The position numbers and the translations under genes were made by a program. From positions 141,556-205,555 of IMG/VR virus record IMGVR_UViG_3300012933_000323: a DNA stretch of 64,000 bases; one strand, 5' to 3'. Each line of letters opens with the position of its first letter. The stretch's first letter is position 1. The notes under the pieces are model-generated. The model was given only the letters and a program-made list of their open reading frames with translations, made no database searches and was not told the origin of the DNA. The DNA comes from a virus. Its lineage: Duplodnaviria; Heunggongvirae; Uroviricota; Caudoviricetes. Below are positions 38,661 to 47,957 of this stretch, in pieces.

Positions 38661-40337
38661 TCATTTAATATCATATTGCATTTTGATTAAGTCTGTATGT
38701 AATTGCTCTGTTGGGCCAAACATTTGCTTTCCTAATCTTGCGTTATCGACATTCGTTTGTTTGTTATAGACGGTGAATGGTTTATAACTATTTCCGTCAG
38801 GTACTTGTACTTTATTATATGTGTCAAATCCAGGTGTAAAGCCCATTGCTTGAATTACTACATTTTGGATCTGTTTTTGAGATTCCATATCCGCAGCTTT
38901 ACCCATTTCATTAGCAAGATTTTTGCCTTTCTCAACTGCCTGTGTTTTTGCCTGGGCTTCTCGTTTTTGTGCTAACTCTTGCCTTGCCGTTGGCGCTGCT
39001 TTAGTTTCTGGCGGAGGAGGCGGAGCAACTGCAGCCGTAGATACGCTTGAAGTAATAGCATTGGCTACTCCAGTATTTGATGTGCCTGTATTTTGTGGTA
39101 CTAACGGCACAGTTACGACAGCAGCACTTGGTGATACAGATGTTTGCTGACTAATTGTTGGGTTTGTTGCCGCAACAGCAGTAATTTCAACATTTTCGGC
39201 TACCTTATTAACAGTAGGCGTTGTTTGAATTATATTTTTTAACGCATATGCTTGAGAATAACCTGGGCAAAGCTTGTCATATAACTGATTGTTTGTACAC
39301 TGCTGGTTAAAATAAGCTACAGTATAGCCCGGACAGTCTGTTGCATATAACGCATTTATTGCGCACTGCTGAGATTTAAACGCAAGTTGATAATCTGAAC
39401 AAGTTACAGCATACAGAGGATTAATATTACATTGCTGATTGTGATAAGCGCTATTGTAACCACTGCAGGATTGACTATATAGCGGCGAAATTCCGCATTG
39501 TTGATTAAAATAAGCTTGGTCATATCCTGGGCATGTTGTTGCATATAGCGGGTTGATAGAACACTGGTATGTTAAATAAGATGCAGCATATCCTGGGCAA
39601 CTTGGGTCGCTAAGCGCATTAATTGTACATTGTTGTGTAAAGTATGCGGCTGCATATCCTGGGCATTGCGGAGAATAAAGAACATTACCTGTACATTGCA
39701 AATTTAAATATGCTGAAGCATACCCAGCACATGAAGTATTTGATAACGGATCTGTGGCGCATTGATCGGCTGTATAAGTCATACCGATATTCACATTACG
39801 AACCTTTGGCCCATAATACCCAGCCCAATAACCTCGATCGTAACTTGTCATTTTAACAGTTAAATTACCAAAATCACTAACTGGTCCTGGCCAAACATAC
39901 CCAACGTTTCCGCTATATGTTGTCCAATCATGCGTAGCTGTATAATTCCACGTATCAGTCCTACGAATTATCGTATTATTGTAGTTCCATGTAAGAACAC
40001 TAATAGATAATGGATCCGCACCGTTCTGTGCATTGTTCTTAATGTCCCACGAATAGTTATATCCAGTGATCTGAATACCAGCACCAACATTAGCTAATGC
40101 TTGGTTGATTGCAAATGTTTGAGCAACCGTCGTATTACTATAACTAAAATGGATTGTGTTAGTTGCTGGATCGTAAAGTGGACCAGGCCCACCGGTACAA
40201 CATCCTCCTGGATCAGCACCCGTGCTTACACCAGTCCAAGTATGGTTAGTACCTGACGTAATTAAGTTAGGTGTTGACTGATCTTGAGCATATGCGAAAG
40301 AAACCGTCAACCATACAATGGCTAACAGTTTTTTCAT
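38661..40337 (-). CDS. Exported protein with eight 22-aa Cys/Tyr repeats
   Basis: Signal peptide MKKLLAIVWLTVSFAYA, then repeats of xQCxxNPLYxxxCPGYxxAYxx. Confidence 0.85.
   Translation of the reverse strand: MKKLLAIVWLTVSFAYAQDQSTPNLITSGTNHTWTGVSTGADPGGCCTGGPGPLYDPATNTIHFSYSNTTVAQTFAINQALANVGAGIQITGYNYSWDIKNNAQNGADPLSISVLTWNYNNTIIRRTDTWNYTATHDWTTYSGNVGYVWPGPVSDFGNLTVKMTSYDRGYWAGYYGPKVRNVNIGMTYTADQCATDPLSNTSCAGYASAYLNLQCTGNVLYSPQCPGYAAAYFTQQCTINALSDPSCPGYAASYLTYQCSINPLYATTCPGYDQAYFNQQCGISPLYSQSCSGYNSAYHNQQCNINPLYAVTCSDYQLAFKSQQCAINALYATDCPGYTVAYFNQQCTNNQLYDKLCPGYSQAYALKNIIQTTPTVNKVAENVEITAVAATNPTISQQTSVSPSAAVVTVPLVPQNTGTSNTGVANAITSSVSTAAVAPPPPPETKAAPTARQELAQKREAQAKTQAVEKGKNLANEMGKAADMESQKQIQNVVIQAMGFTPGFDTYNKVQVPDGNSYKPFTVYNKQTNVDNARLGKQMFGPTEQLHTDLIKMQYDIK
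39240..39767 (-). repeat. Eight tandem 66-bp (22-aa) coding repeats
   Basis: Residues 191-366, from DQCATDPLSNTSCAGYASAYLN to QQCTNNQLYDKLCPGYSQAYAL. Confidence 0.85.
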
Positions 40338-40819
40338 TACTTCTTCTCAGGAGTCGGAACAACTTCGTCGTCTTTAATACGACCTTTTGTTTTCCAAATT
40401 TCTTTAGCGGATTCGCCAATCTTACCCTGTACAGGACATGGTGTACCGGCATCTAACATAGCTTGGAATACACGATCGTCTTGACATAATGTAGCAACAG
40501 CAGCAACCTTCATACCCATATCATACAGGTTTTTAGATAGTTTGATGCGTTCGCAATTCATGTCTCGTACAGTACCACCCATGGAAATACCAAGAATTTG
40601 AGTCTGTACAGCACCTGACGCTGCAGTTGCACAGACGTCATTATTAATAGTTGTGATGGCTGGAGCCACCGCTGTAGGTGGCGGTGACTTTACATTTGTT
40701 GTACTATTTGAGGATGTTTCTGAATATGATCTACTTGTCGAATCAGTGACAATTGGATCTACCGCGTGCGCAGCATTAATTAGGCCCAACATGGCCATAG
40801 TGATTAAAACCTTTTTCAT
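40337..40819 (-). CDS. Exported four-Cys protein
   Basis: Signal peptide MKKVLITMAMLGLINAAHA, then SPPPTAVAP, CERIKLSK, LCQDDRV, AGTPCP. Confidence 0.8.
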   Translation of the reverse strand: MKKVLITMAMLGLINAAHAVDPIVTDSTSRSYSETSSNSTTNVKSPPPTAVAPAITTINNDVCATAASGAVQTQILGISMGGTVRDMNCERIKLSKNLYDMGMKVAAVATLCQDDRVFQAMLDAGTPCPVQGKIGESAKEIWKTKGRIKDDEVVPTPEKK

Positions 40820-40855
40820 TTGTTTTTGCCCCAAAGTAAAAGTTAAACTTATTAT

Positions 40856-40863
40856 TATTTATA
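40856..40863 (-). promoter_or_regulatory. Late promoter TATAAATA for the exported-protein module
   Basis: Exact match. Confidence 0.65.
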
Positions 40864-40908
40864 AAAAGTGCAAAAACGTTATGATTTTTTAAATAGGTTT
40901 ATCGTTGT

Positions 40909-41643
40909 TTATTTTGTTAATTTTGAATTATATTTTAGCATAAACTCTGTTAGTTGATGTTTATGCTTGGCATCCCATGCCCTTGTATCTTTGGGGAAAC
41001 ATGCGCCGCCAAAGCCTCTAAAACCATCCATACCGACTTGATTCATCTCGGATTGGTATTCCATCTTACTGTAGAGGTCAGCCATTTTACGAGCATTACC
41101 AGTAGTGTCTTGGATAAATTCCCAGAACAATACTTTATAAGCTCCATATAGATTTCTTGTATATTTGAAATCTGATGCTTCCTTGATCGTCATAAACTCA
41201 TATGTTGGATCAATAGATGTGTACATTGAATAAAACGATTGAACATTTTTAGTTACGTCAATATCACCGCCAAGGATTACGCATTCCTGGTTTTGCGCGT
41301 CAGCAATAGAAGTATTCTGATTTAAAAACTCTGGATTATAACAGAGATTTAGTGCCATGCCGTATTCATCAATGTTTTCGCAAAGTACAGTACTTTTAAC
41401 TACAACTGTACCCTTAAATGAATTATGTACGAGACATTCCAACGCAGATTGAACCAATGTTGGGTCTTGTCTATATTCGTTATTTGGTGTTGGAACGCAA
41501 ATGAAAATGATGTCCTGATTGTACATCAAATGTTTATTGTGTTCATACTTTTCTTTGATATCATAAATTGTAACATCGCAATCTTTCATAATTGAATGCA
41601 TTGCTTGCCCAACGAAACCATATCCCCAAATACCAACTTTCAT
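40909..41643 (-). CDS. UDP-glucose/GDP-mannose 6-dehydrogenase family (short, no C-terminal domain)
   Basis: GYGFVG, FICVPTP, VVKST, YNPEFL, GFGGACFPKD with catalytic Cys. Confidence 0.88.
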   Translation of the reverse strand: MKVGIWGYGFVGQAMHSIMKDCDVTIYDIKEKYEHNKHLMYNQDIIFICVPTPNNEYRQDPTLVQSALECLVHNSFKGTVVVKSTVLCENIDEYGMALNLCYNPEFLNQNTSIADAQNQECVILGGDIDVTKNVQSFYSMYTSIDPTYEFMTIKEASDFKYTRNLYGAYKVLFWEFIQDTTGNARKMADLYSKMEYQSEMNQVGMDGFRGFGGACFPKDTRAWDAKHKHQLTEFMLKYNSKLTK

Positions 41644-41651
41644 TCTAAATC

Positions 41652-42227
41652 CTAAATCTCAAATTTTCTATAAACCGTTTTGAACTGCTCTATCATTTCT
41701 AACGGTGGTTTATTTTCTGTGATGTATTGGTCAAACATCCATTGCTTAATAGCGATAGTGTTTCGTACATCATTCACGGTGTCAAAAAAGGTAGAGGAGT
41801 ACGGTTCAGAACCAGGTGTCCTGAATTCGTAAAACTCCTCTACTGAAGTACGTGAGGGTCTGGCTGCTATTTTTGCAGCATGGCTCACGATTTTGTGGTC
41901 TTGATGAATGTCATTCTCAGATAAAGTAAAGATCCTTTGGGGCAAAAAGGTTTTAATCTCTTCCTCAATAATCCGAGTAATGTCTTTCAAGGGGACCATC
42001 TCTAATTCCATATCTAAGTGATCTTTTAATGACCACTTAAATCCTAACTTTCTTTGTATTTGTAAAAATGCACCAAGTCTATCTAATGTATTCTGGTCAT
42101 CACGACCAGTACATAACGATAGAACTTTTACACTGTTTGGATCTTGAGAGCACATCTGAGCGATTGTTCCGCCAATACCAAATGTCTCATCATCAAGGTG
42201 AGCGACGATTACCAAAGTTCGTTTCAT
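41652..42227 (-). CDS. PIG-L/LmbE family de-N-acetylase
   Basis: VAHLDDE and DIHQDH motifs. Confidence 0.88.
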   Translation of the reverse strand: MKRTLVIVAHLDDETFGIGGTIAQMCSQDPNSVKVLSLCTGRDDQNTLDRLGAFLQIQRKLGFKWSLKDHLDMELEMVPLKDITRIIEEEIKTFLPQRIFTLSENDIHQDHKIVSHAAKIAARPSRTSVEEFYEFRTPGSEPYSSTFFDTVNDVRNTIAIKQWMFDQYITENKPPLEMIEQFKTVYRKFEI

Positions 42228-43146
42228 AAATGTTTTTAATGATATCCTGCAAATTATATTTGCATGTGTAATATTTATTGATCTTATCTGTGTTTGGGTA
42301 GCGAATGTAAATCTCTTCAAATTGATCGCCAAGTGCATCCTTAAATGCAATATGCTCAATGAATGATTTGCTACCAACAACTTTAATAACTTCTTGGGCC
42401 AATGTGCTTACATCACAGATATTAGCATCATTACCAATGTTATAAATTTCACCGTTGTGCTCATTGCCAATTAATAGAATTAGCATTTCTACAGCATCTC
42501 TAATATCACAAAAGCTTCGTACTTGGCGGCCACTACCATAAACAGGAACGGTTACATTATTTGCTGCACACTCAATAAATCTTGGAAGTACATGCCCATA
42601 ATCAGGAACTTGTGTAGGGCCAACAATATTGAAGAACCGTACAATCACGGTTGGAAATGTATGTGCTCGTAACATGAACTCAGAAAATAGTTTAGAACAC
42701 GCATAACTACCACGAGGCTTCTGTACAGGGTGAATTTCTAAATGATCAGTTTCTTTTGATCCTTCTTTACTCTTTGTTTCACCGTATACTTCGGATGTGC
42801 TACTAAAGATAACCTTCACTTGATGTTTTTCAAATAATGGAAACAAGTTATCGTTGATCTTCGTACTGTTCAAGAATGTTTCTTTTGGCTTTTCTTGAAC
42901 TAACTTAACACCAATAGATGCTGCAAAATGATATACAACATGAACACCGGTTAGTAATGAATCCATTAGATTCATCTGTGTTTCATCCGTTAAGTCGATG
43001 TCAGCGTATATCGCTCCATGCGGGATGTTATCTTTATTACCTGTTGAAAAATTATCAACAATAGTAACTTCACAACCATCTTTAATGAGGGCAGCGGCCA
43101 ATGAGCTTCCAACAAAGCCTGCACCACCTGTAATTAGGACTCGCAA
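42193..43146 (-). CDS. NAD-dependent nucleotide-sugar epimerase/decarboxylase (extended SDR)
   Basis: ITGGAGFVGS, STSEVYG, YACSK, RFFNIVGP, GRQVRSF. Confidence 0.92.
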   Translation of the reverse strand: MRVLITGGAGFVGSSLAAALIKDGCEVTIVDNFSTGNKDNIPHGAIYADIDLTDETQMNLMDSLLTGVHVVYHFAASIGVKLVQEKPKETFLNSTKINDNLFPLFEKHQVKVIFSSTSEVYGETKSKEGSKETDHLEIHPVQKPRGSYACSKLFSEFMLRAHTFPTVIVRFFNIVGPTQVPDYGHVLPRFIECAANNVTVPVYGSGRQVRSFCDIRDAVEMLILLIGNEHNGEIYNIGNDANICDVSTLAQEVIKVVGSKSFIEHIAFKDALGDQFEEIYIRYPNTDKINKYYTCKYNLQDIIKNIYETNFGNRRSP

Positions 43147-43727
43147 TATATTTCCTTTATTTCTCTAATCGTATGATATTTAATATCACCGTTGTAATAT
43201 TGTATCCCTAACTTATTTAAATTTTGTATAAACCATGAAACAAAGTCATAAATATCTGCATAGTTAACAGATGTTTCCCAGTCTTCTTCCGGCACATCAT
43301 TTAACTCAATCTTTTTCATTAGTCCTTTACGACGGTCCGTGCCGTACACTCTTGGGATTCGTAGAATCAGATGATCATTAACCAAAGCTTGGATGTACTG
43401 TTCCATTGCCTTCTTGTAAACACCGTAGTCATCATCAAGAAAATCTGCGGCAAGTGAAGACGCAAACACTAACTTACATTCGTTGATTTCAGCTAACCGA
43501 ACCATTGTTTGCGTAAGATCTACCATTGATGTTGCCATTCTTACTTTATCTTTAAAGTCGTAACTATCAGATGGAGACGCAAAGTGCAAAATCAAATCAA
43601 TACCAAAGTACCCGCTATATACATTCTGTGTTTCATTAAACTCAATGATTTCATGTTCATGAAACAAAGGTAAAATGTTTCTCATCAAGAACCCGTTCTT
43701 TCCTGTAACTAAAATTTTCATTTCCAA
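43134..43727 (-). CDS. Short SDR-fold sugar epimerase/reductase
   Basis: ILVTGKNGFL, LHFASP, FASS, YGVYK, LRIPRVYG. Confidence 0.75.
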   Translation of the reverse strand: MEMKILVTGKNGFLMRNILPLFHEHEIIEFNETQNVYSGYFGIDLILHFASPSDSYDFKDKVRMATSMVDLTQTMVRLAEINECKLVFASSLAADFLDDDYGVYKKAMEQYIQALVNDHLILRIPRVYGTDRRKGLMKKIELNDVPEEDWETSVNYADIYDFVSWFIQNLNKLGIQYYNGDIKYHTIREIKEIYCES

Positions 43728-44191
43728 ACTTCTCCGTCTTTTCCTAACCTAATGAAGCAAGCGCCCTTAGTCTTGCATCTTTCTTTAATTGTTCTGAGGA
43801 ACTCTTTTCTTGTTTTCGGTTCAATGAGCGGAATTTTGAGCGCTGATGTAAGAGCCAAGTCGTCATCCACAAGATGGCCCCTACCTGCAAAGCTATAACA
43901 ACCGTTAGCACCAGCGTTAACAAAGATGATACTGCCATAATTTTCACTCCATCCTTTAATATTAAGTTTGATTTGTTCATATGCTTTATAAAGAACAAAT
44001 CCAGCAACGCCATAGATAATTACAGTCTTACCTTGACTTGCTAAACCAGCAGCAATATTAACCATGTTAGGTTCTTGGATGCCGCAGTTAATTACATTTC
44101 CTTTAGTTGGGAAACCCCACATATCGGCGTGTAAAAAGTAAATGTCTTTATGTTGCGTTCTTGATAAAAATTTATGTAAAGTCTTTCTCAT
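43718..44191 (-). CDS. Transketolase, pyrimidine-binding (C-terminal) subunit
   Basis: LHADM, INCGIQEPNMVNIAAGLASQG, AYEQIKL, GH, FIRLGK. Likely ATG at 44191. Confidence 0.85.
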   Translation of the reverse strand: MRKTLHKFLSRTQHKDIYFLHADMWGFPTKGNVINCGIQEPNMVNIAAGLASQGKTVIIYGVAGFVLYKAYEQIKLNIKGWSENYGSIIFVNAGANGCYSFAGRGHLVDDDLALTSALKIPLIEPKTRKEFLRTIKERCKTKGACFIRLGKDGEVWK

Positions 44192-45425
44192 TATATTTCT
44201 TTCCTTGTCTAACCGCGAAAAACGATCTATCCATAGTGGGTCTGTAATTTGATAAACCAAAACCACGAAGAATGTAATCCCAGCTTCGTTTTGGGAATAT
44301 GTTGTTCTCTTTATAAAGTTCAGCATCTAAATTTTTATAATGCGACCAATATTCATTATCACGTGTACTAAATTTATAGTGAGCAATAATAAAATCTAAA
44401 ATAGTATCAAACTCGTGGTTGTACACATCATTGTATTTATCTGCGGTGATCTTGCCGTTGATGTAGTCATCAAACAATAGAATCCCAAATTGAACTAAAT
44501 ATAAACCTGTTGCTTCAAGTGGTTCAATGAAGAATGAGCTTAATCCAATAGCAATAACAGTTTGGTCACTCTCATAAATGTGTTGTTTATTCTTTCCTGT
44601 AATCATACCGACTTTGTTGATTTTAGTTTCATCAACATCGCCATAGATCGTCTTCAAATAATTAATGTACTCATTATAGACATCGTGTTTATCGTCATGT
44701 ACATAACCGACCGTTAACTTATCGCCCAATGGAATATTCCAAGCCCACCCATAATCCATGGCCTGTGAAATCGTGTAAGGAACCTTTTGTTCAATAGATT
44801 TATATGGTGCTCTATAAACGTATGCAGAATTATTTGGGATCTTATCCGTTATGCTAACAAAATTATCTGGGATTAGTTGATTGAGTAATGATTTTCTAAA
44901 GCCTGTGCAATCAATTACAATCTTTTCAGAAAGATCTGAAGCACTTTGAACTTCCCATCTCTCAATATTTAGATTAGGAAATGTAGGGAGAAGTTTGTCT
45001 AAGTATAACATCAACTCACGAACGTCAAAGTGGTTCGCGATTTCTTCATAATCAAGAATATTATCTGGCACAGTATTAGTTTCAATCATGTAATCAATAT
45101 TGAAACTTTCCCAGTCGGTGCCGCCGAATGGATGATTATATGATTCACCATCTTTGTAGAAGTCTTTGAATTTGACACCCAATTTAAGAGTGCCATTCAT
45201 TTCATTGATGATGATTTTAGGTGTAATCCCAAGTTCTTTTAAGAATAAAGTAACTTCTGGGACTGTTGCTTCGCCAACACCAATTGGCTTATTATTTTGC
45301 GGATATACCCAACGTATTTTAATGTCAGGGTAATTCTTGCATAAGTACAGTACTGTTAGGTAGCCTGAAGTGCCTGCACCAACGACTGCAATTCCATTTC
45401 TGATTCGATCTTCTTGTAATGCCAT
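44172..45425 (-). CDS. Flavin-dependent (tryptophan-type) halogenase
   Basis: VVGAGTSG, IGVGEAT, TLKLGVKF (catalytic Lys position), IDCTGF, GWAWNIP (WxWxIP), FIEPLEATG. Confidence 0.88.
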   Translation of the reverse strand: MALQEDRIRNGIAVVGAGTSGYLTVLYLCKNYPDIKIRWVYPQNNKPIGVGEATVPEVTLFLKELGITPKIIINEMNGTLKLGVKFKDFYKDGESYNHPFGGTDWESFNIDYMIETNTVPDNILDYEEIANHFDVRELMLYLDKLLPTFPNLNIERWEVQSASDLSEKIVIDCTGFRKSLLNQLIPDNFVSITDKIPNNSAYVYRAPYKSIEQKVPYTISQAMDYGWAWNIPLGDKLTVGYVHDDKHDVYNEYINYLKTIYGDVDETKINKVGMITGKNKQHIYESDQTVIAIGLSSFFIEPLEATGLYLVQFGILLFDDYINGKITADKYNDVYNHEFDTILDFIIAHYKFSTRDNEYWSHYKNLDAELYKENNIFPKRSWDYILRGFGLSNYRPTMDRSFFAVRQGKKYNEKDFT

Positions 45426-46069
45426 TTTTTAATGTCCTTCTCCATATCTGGAATGCCCTTTCCCTTCGTGGTGATACAGACAACCATTGTAGGTTGATCG
45501 CTGTTCTGTACGGCCTGTTGCATCACCTGATCTAACTTTTTACCATCATGCCCATCAACGGCAAACACGTTCCAATTATAAAGTCTTGCCATCGTAATAA
45601 CAGGTTCAACACTAATGATATCACTCGTGACACCTGTTACTTGCGCGTTATTATAGTCAACGGTACAAACGACATTCTTTAGTTGATGTTGCCCAATGAA
45701 TTGAATTGCTTCTAATGTATTACCCATTTGTAATGCAGCATCTGAAATGTTTACATATACTTTCTTATTTGTACACATTGCAATCCCAGAAGCTACGCCC
45801 AATGCATTACCAATTGTTTCTTCAGAATAATCAATGAACGGGATTTGATCGTGTTTTACACCCATGTGCAAGTTGTCGATATTATTTAACCAACCACGAT
45901 CTTTCCAAACTGTATAATATGCTTGCGCCCCAAATGGTTTGCCGATAATAATCTTGTCATCTTTTTTAATGTACTTAAAAACTGATTGCAAGTAATCAAC
46001 CATTGACAGTGCGCTAGCGATATGTCCAAGTTTATGTTTAAAACTATATTCTAAAATCTTCTTTCTCAT
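45356..46069 (-). CDS. Transketolase, TPP-binding (N-terminal) subunit
   Basis: GHIASALS, IGNALGVASGIA, ISDAALQMG..LEA, DYNNAQ, VDGHD, TTKGKG, WHY. Confidence 0.88.
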   Translation of the reverse strand: MRKKILEYSFKHKLGHIASALSMVDYLQSVFKYIKKDDKIIIGKPFGAQAYYTVWKDRGWLNNIDNLHMGVKHDQIPFIDYSEETIGNALGVASGIAMCTNKKVYVNISDAALQMGNTLEAIQFIGQHQLKNVVCTVDYNNAQVTGVTSDIISVEPVITMARLYNWNVFAVDGHDGKKLDQVMQQAVQNSDQPTMVVCITTKGKGIPDMEKDIKKWHYKKIESEMELQSLVQALQAT

Positions 46070-46917
46070 TCTAACTGTATTCTCGCATCTTCAACAACCG
46101 CATCTAAATTTGTTGTCTTTGTTTCAATTACATTATCTGACGTAAAACCAAAGTTACTTTGAATAATAAAGCCATCTTCTAATTTTAAAAATGATAATTC
46201 TTTGTACGGCAATTGAGGACTTAAGCATTCCTTCTTTAACCACATATACAAGCAACTAACATTATCTTTTGGGTTATTCCACATGCAATGTTTATACTTA
46301 AACACTCTGAGTTCATCCATGAACGATCTAAAATGTGGTGTACTTACTAATTTTAAAGCGTATGGTCTATTATCTTTTAAGCTATCTTCTAAAAGAATGT
46401 TGATGTACTTTAACCCAGCTCTTTGAAAATCTAATAAGATATCTAATAGATCATCTAAAAATTCTTTATTATCGAAGTCTGGCGTAAATACGATATTGAA
46501 TTTTAAATTAGGAATATTTTCAATTAAGTACTTGACATTTTTGATGTACTTATCATTGAATTTCTTTGTTCTTAATAATTCAGCATAATGAAATGAAACT
46601 GTAAAGTACAAATTATCCAGTCTTACATCTTTTACAAACTTCTCATATACTTTTAAAGGTAATGTACCGTTTGTATATGTCAGCATGTTTGTCTGCACTT
46701 GCACAGAATTAATTAGCTTTGCTATATTCTTTAAAAGTAGTGGCTCACCACCGTTAATGACCATGCATGTTTTTCTATCAGCTAAAGATGAAATCTTTAG
46801 GAAGTCGTCAATATAAGAATCAACGTCCTGTACACCTTGTTCAAAAAAGTTGTAGCAGTACGGGCACTTCAAATTACATTTTGTGAATAATTGATATTCA
46901 ATCATTTTCGTATTCAT
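46066..46917 (-). CDS. Radical SAM protein
   Basis: CNLKCPYC, GGEP, TNG, VSFH. Confidence 0.88.
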   Translation of the reverse strand: MNTKMIEYQLFTKCNLKCPYCYNFFEQGVQDVDSYIDDFLKISSLADRKTCMVINGGEPLLLKNIAKLINSVQVQTNMLTYTNGTLPLKVYEKFVKDVRLDNLYFTVSFHYAELLRTKKFNDKYIKNVKYLIENIPNLKFNIVFTPDFDNKEFLDDLLDILLDFQRAGLKYINILLEDSLKDNRPYALKLVSTPHFRSFMDELRVFKYKHCMWNNPKDNVSCLYMWLKKECLSPQLPYKELSFLKLEDGFIIQSNFGFTSDNVIETKTTNLDAVVEDARIQLE

Positions 46918-47957
46918 TTTTTATCCTTTGGTAAGTAAAAGTCCCCACCACAATAGTCCCATCTACACATTGTGCCCGACTTTCTTAGAATTGACATCTT
47001 TGTCAACGCAAGCCTGTCATTTAATAGGTTAGTAAAAATTCCATTACTAATTCCGTGTAGATTGTTTGTCATTGCTATACCACATTGGTATACGTTGCCA
47101 TCGCCATTAACATATATATTCTTTATGCCGGTATCGCAATGCCAACCAGTAAAATCAGCACCTCTTTGAAATAGTTCGTTAGTACTATATATTTTACCGT
47201 CTATCTCGTATTGTTGTTCACTTTTATTATGTTTCTTGTAAAATTCATAATGTATTGTCGCGGTCTCATCATTATGATCAAAGTCATAGCCGAAACCGTA
47301 AATCATTTCAGAGTGAGTTATGTTTGGGTATTCTAAAAAGCCCAAGACATAATTTCTAAATTCTTCGAGGTCTGTACCTTCAATTTGTTCTAACATAATA
47401 TCAAGACTATTAATATTTATGTTTTCTTTTTGAATGTAGTTAAAATTTCTAATGAATGATTCAAGTTTATATCTACGTTTAGTAAGCTCGATATAGTGGA
47501 ACGTGATATCTAAAATATCAACATTTTCCAAAATGTGTTTAATTTTACTAATTGATAGCGTTAAATTTGTCTGTAGTTCATTATATGCTGTGATGTTATA
47601 CTCTTCACCTTTTTGGTGGACATGCTTCATGATATTTATAATCTTTGGATGCCTAGTAGCTTCACCACCGTGGTAGTAAAAAATAACAGTCTTAATGCTT
47701 TCCTTTTTAAAGAATTCAAACATAGCATCAATACTGCCGATGATATCTTCATACTTATAGTGTTTTCCACCATGCCAATCGCAGTATGAACATGCTAAAT
47801 CACATGCCTCACTAATTCTAAATGTTACATGGTATGATGTCTCTTTTACCGGTACAAGATTTGCATTTATGATCTTATAGTATTTCTCTGGCTTAATTGC
47901 ACCAGCGTTTTGCAAATATGTGGTGTTCTGGTGTTTGAACTCTTCGCTTCTAATCAT
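46914..47957 (-). CDS. Radical SAM protein with twitch-like Cys tail
   Basis: CDLACSYC, GGEA, QTN. Tail CDTG..GNVYQC..CRWDYC. Confidence 0.9.
   Translation of the reverse strand: MIRSEEFKHQNTTYLQNAGAIKPEKYYKIINANLVPVKETSYHVTFRISEACDLACSYCDWHGGKHYKYEDIIGSIDAMFEFFKKESIKTVIFYYHGGEATRHPKIINIMKHVHQKGEEYNITAYNELQTNLTLSISKIKHILENVDILDITFHYIELTKRRYKLESFIRNFNYIQKENININSLDIMLEQIEGTDLEEFRNYVLGFLEYPNITHSEMIYGFGYDFDHNDETATIHYEFYKKHNKSEQQYEIDGKIYSTNELFQRGADFTGWHCDTGIKNIYVNGDGNVYQCGIAMTNNLHGISNGIFTNLLNDRLALTKMSILRKSGTMCRWDYCGGDFYLPKDKK

Noticed and set aside
39240-39767. 66-bp periodicity resembling CRISPR repeat-spacer spacing
   Set aside because: Conservation is at amino-acid level with synonymous variation inside a long ORF.
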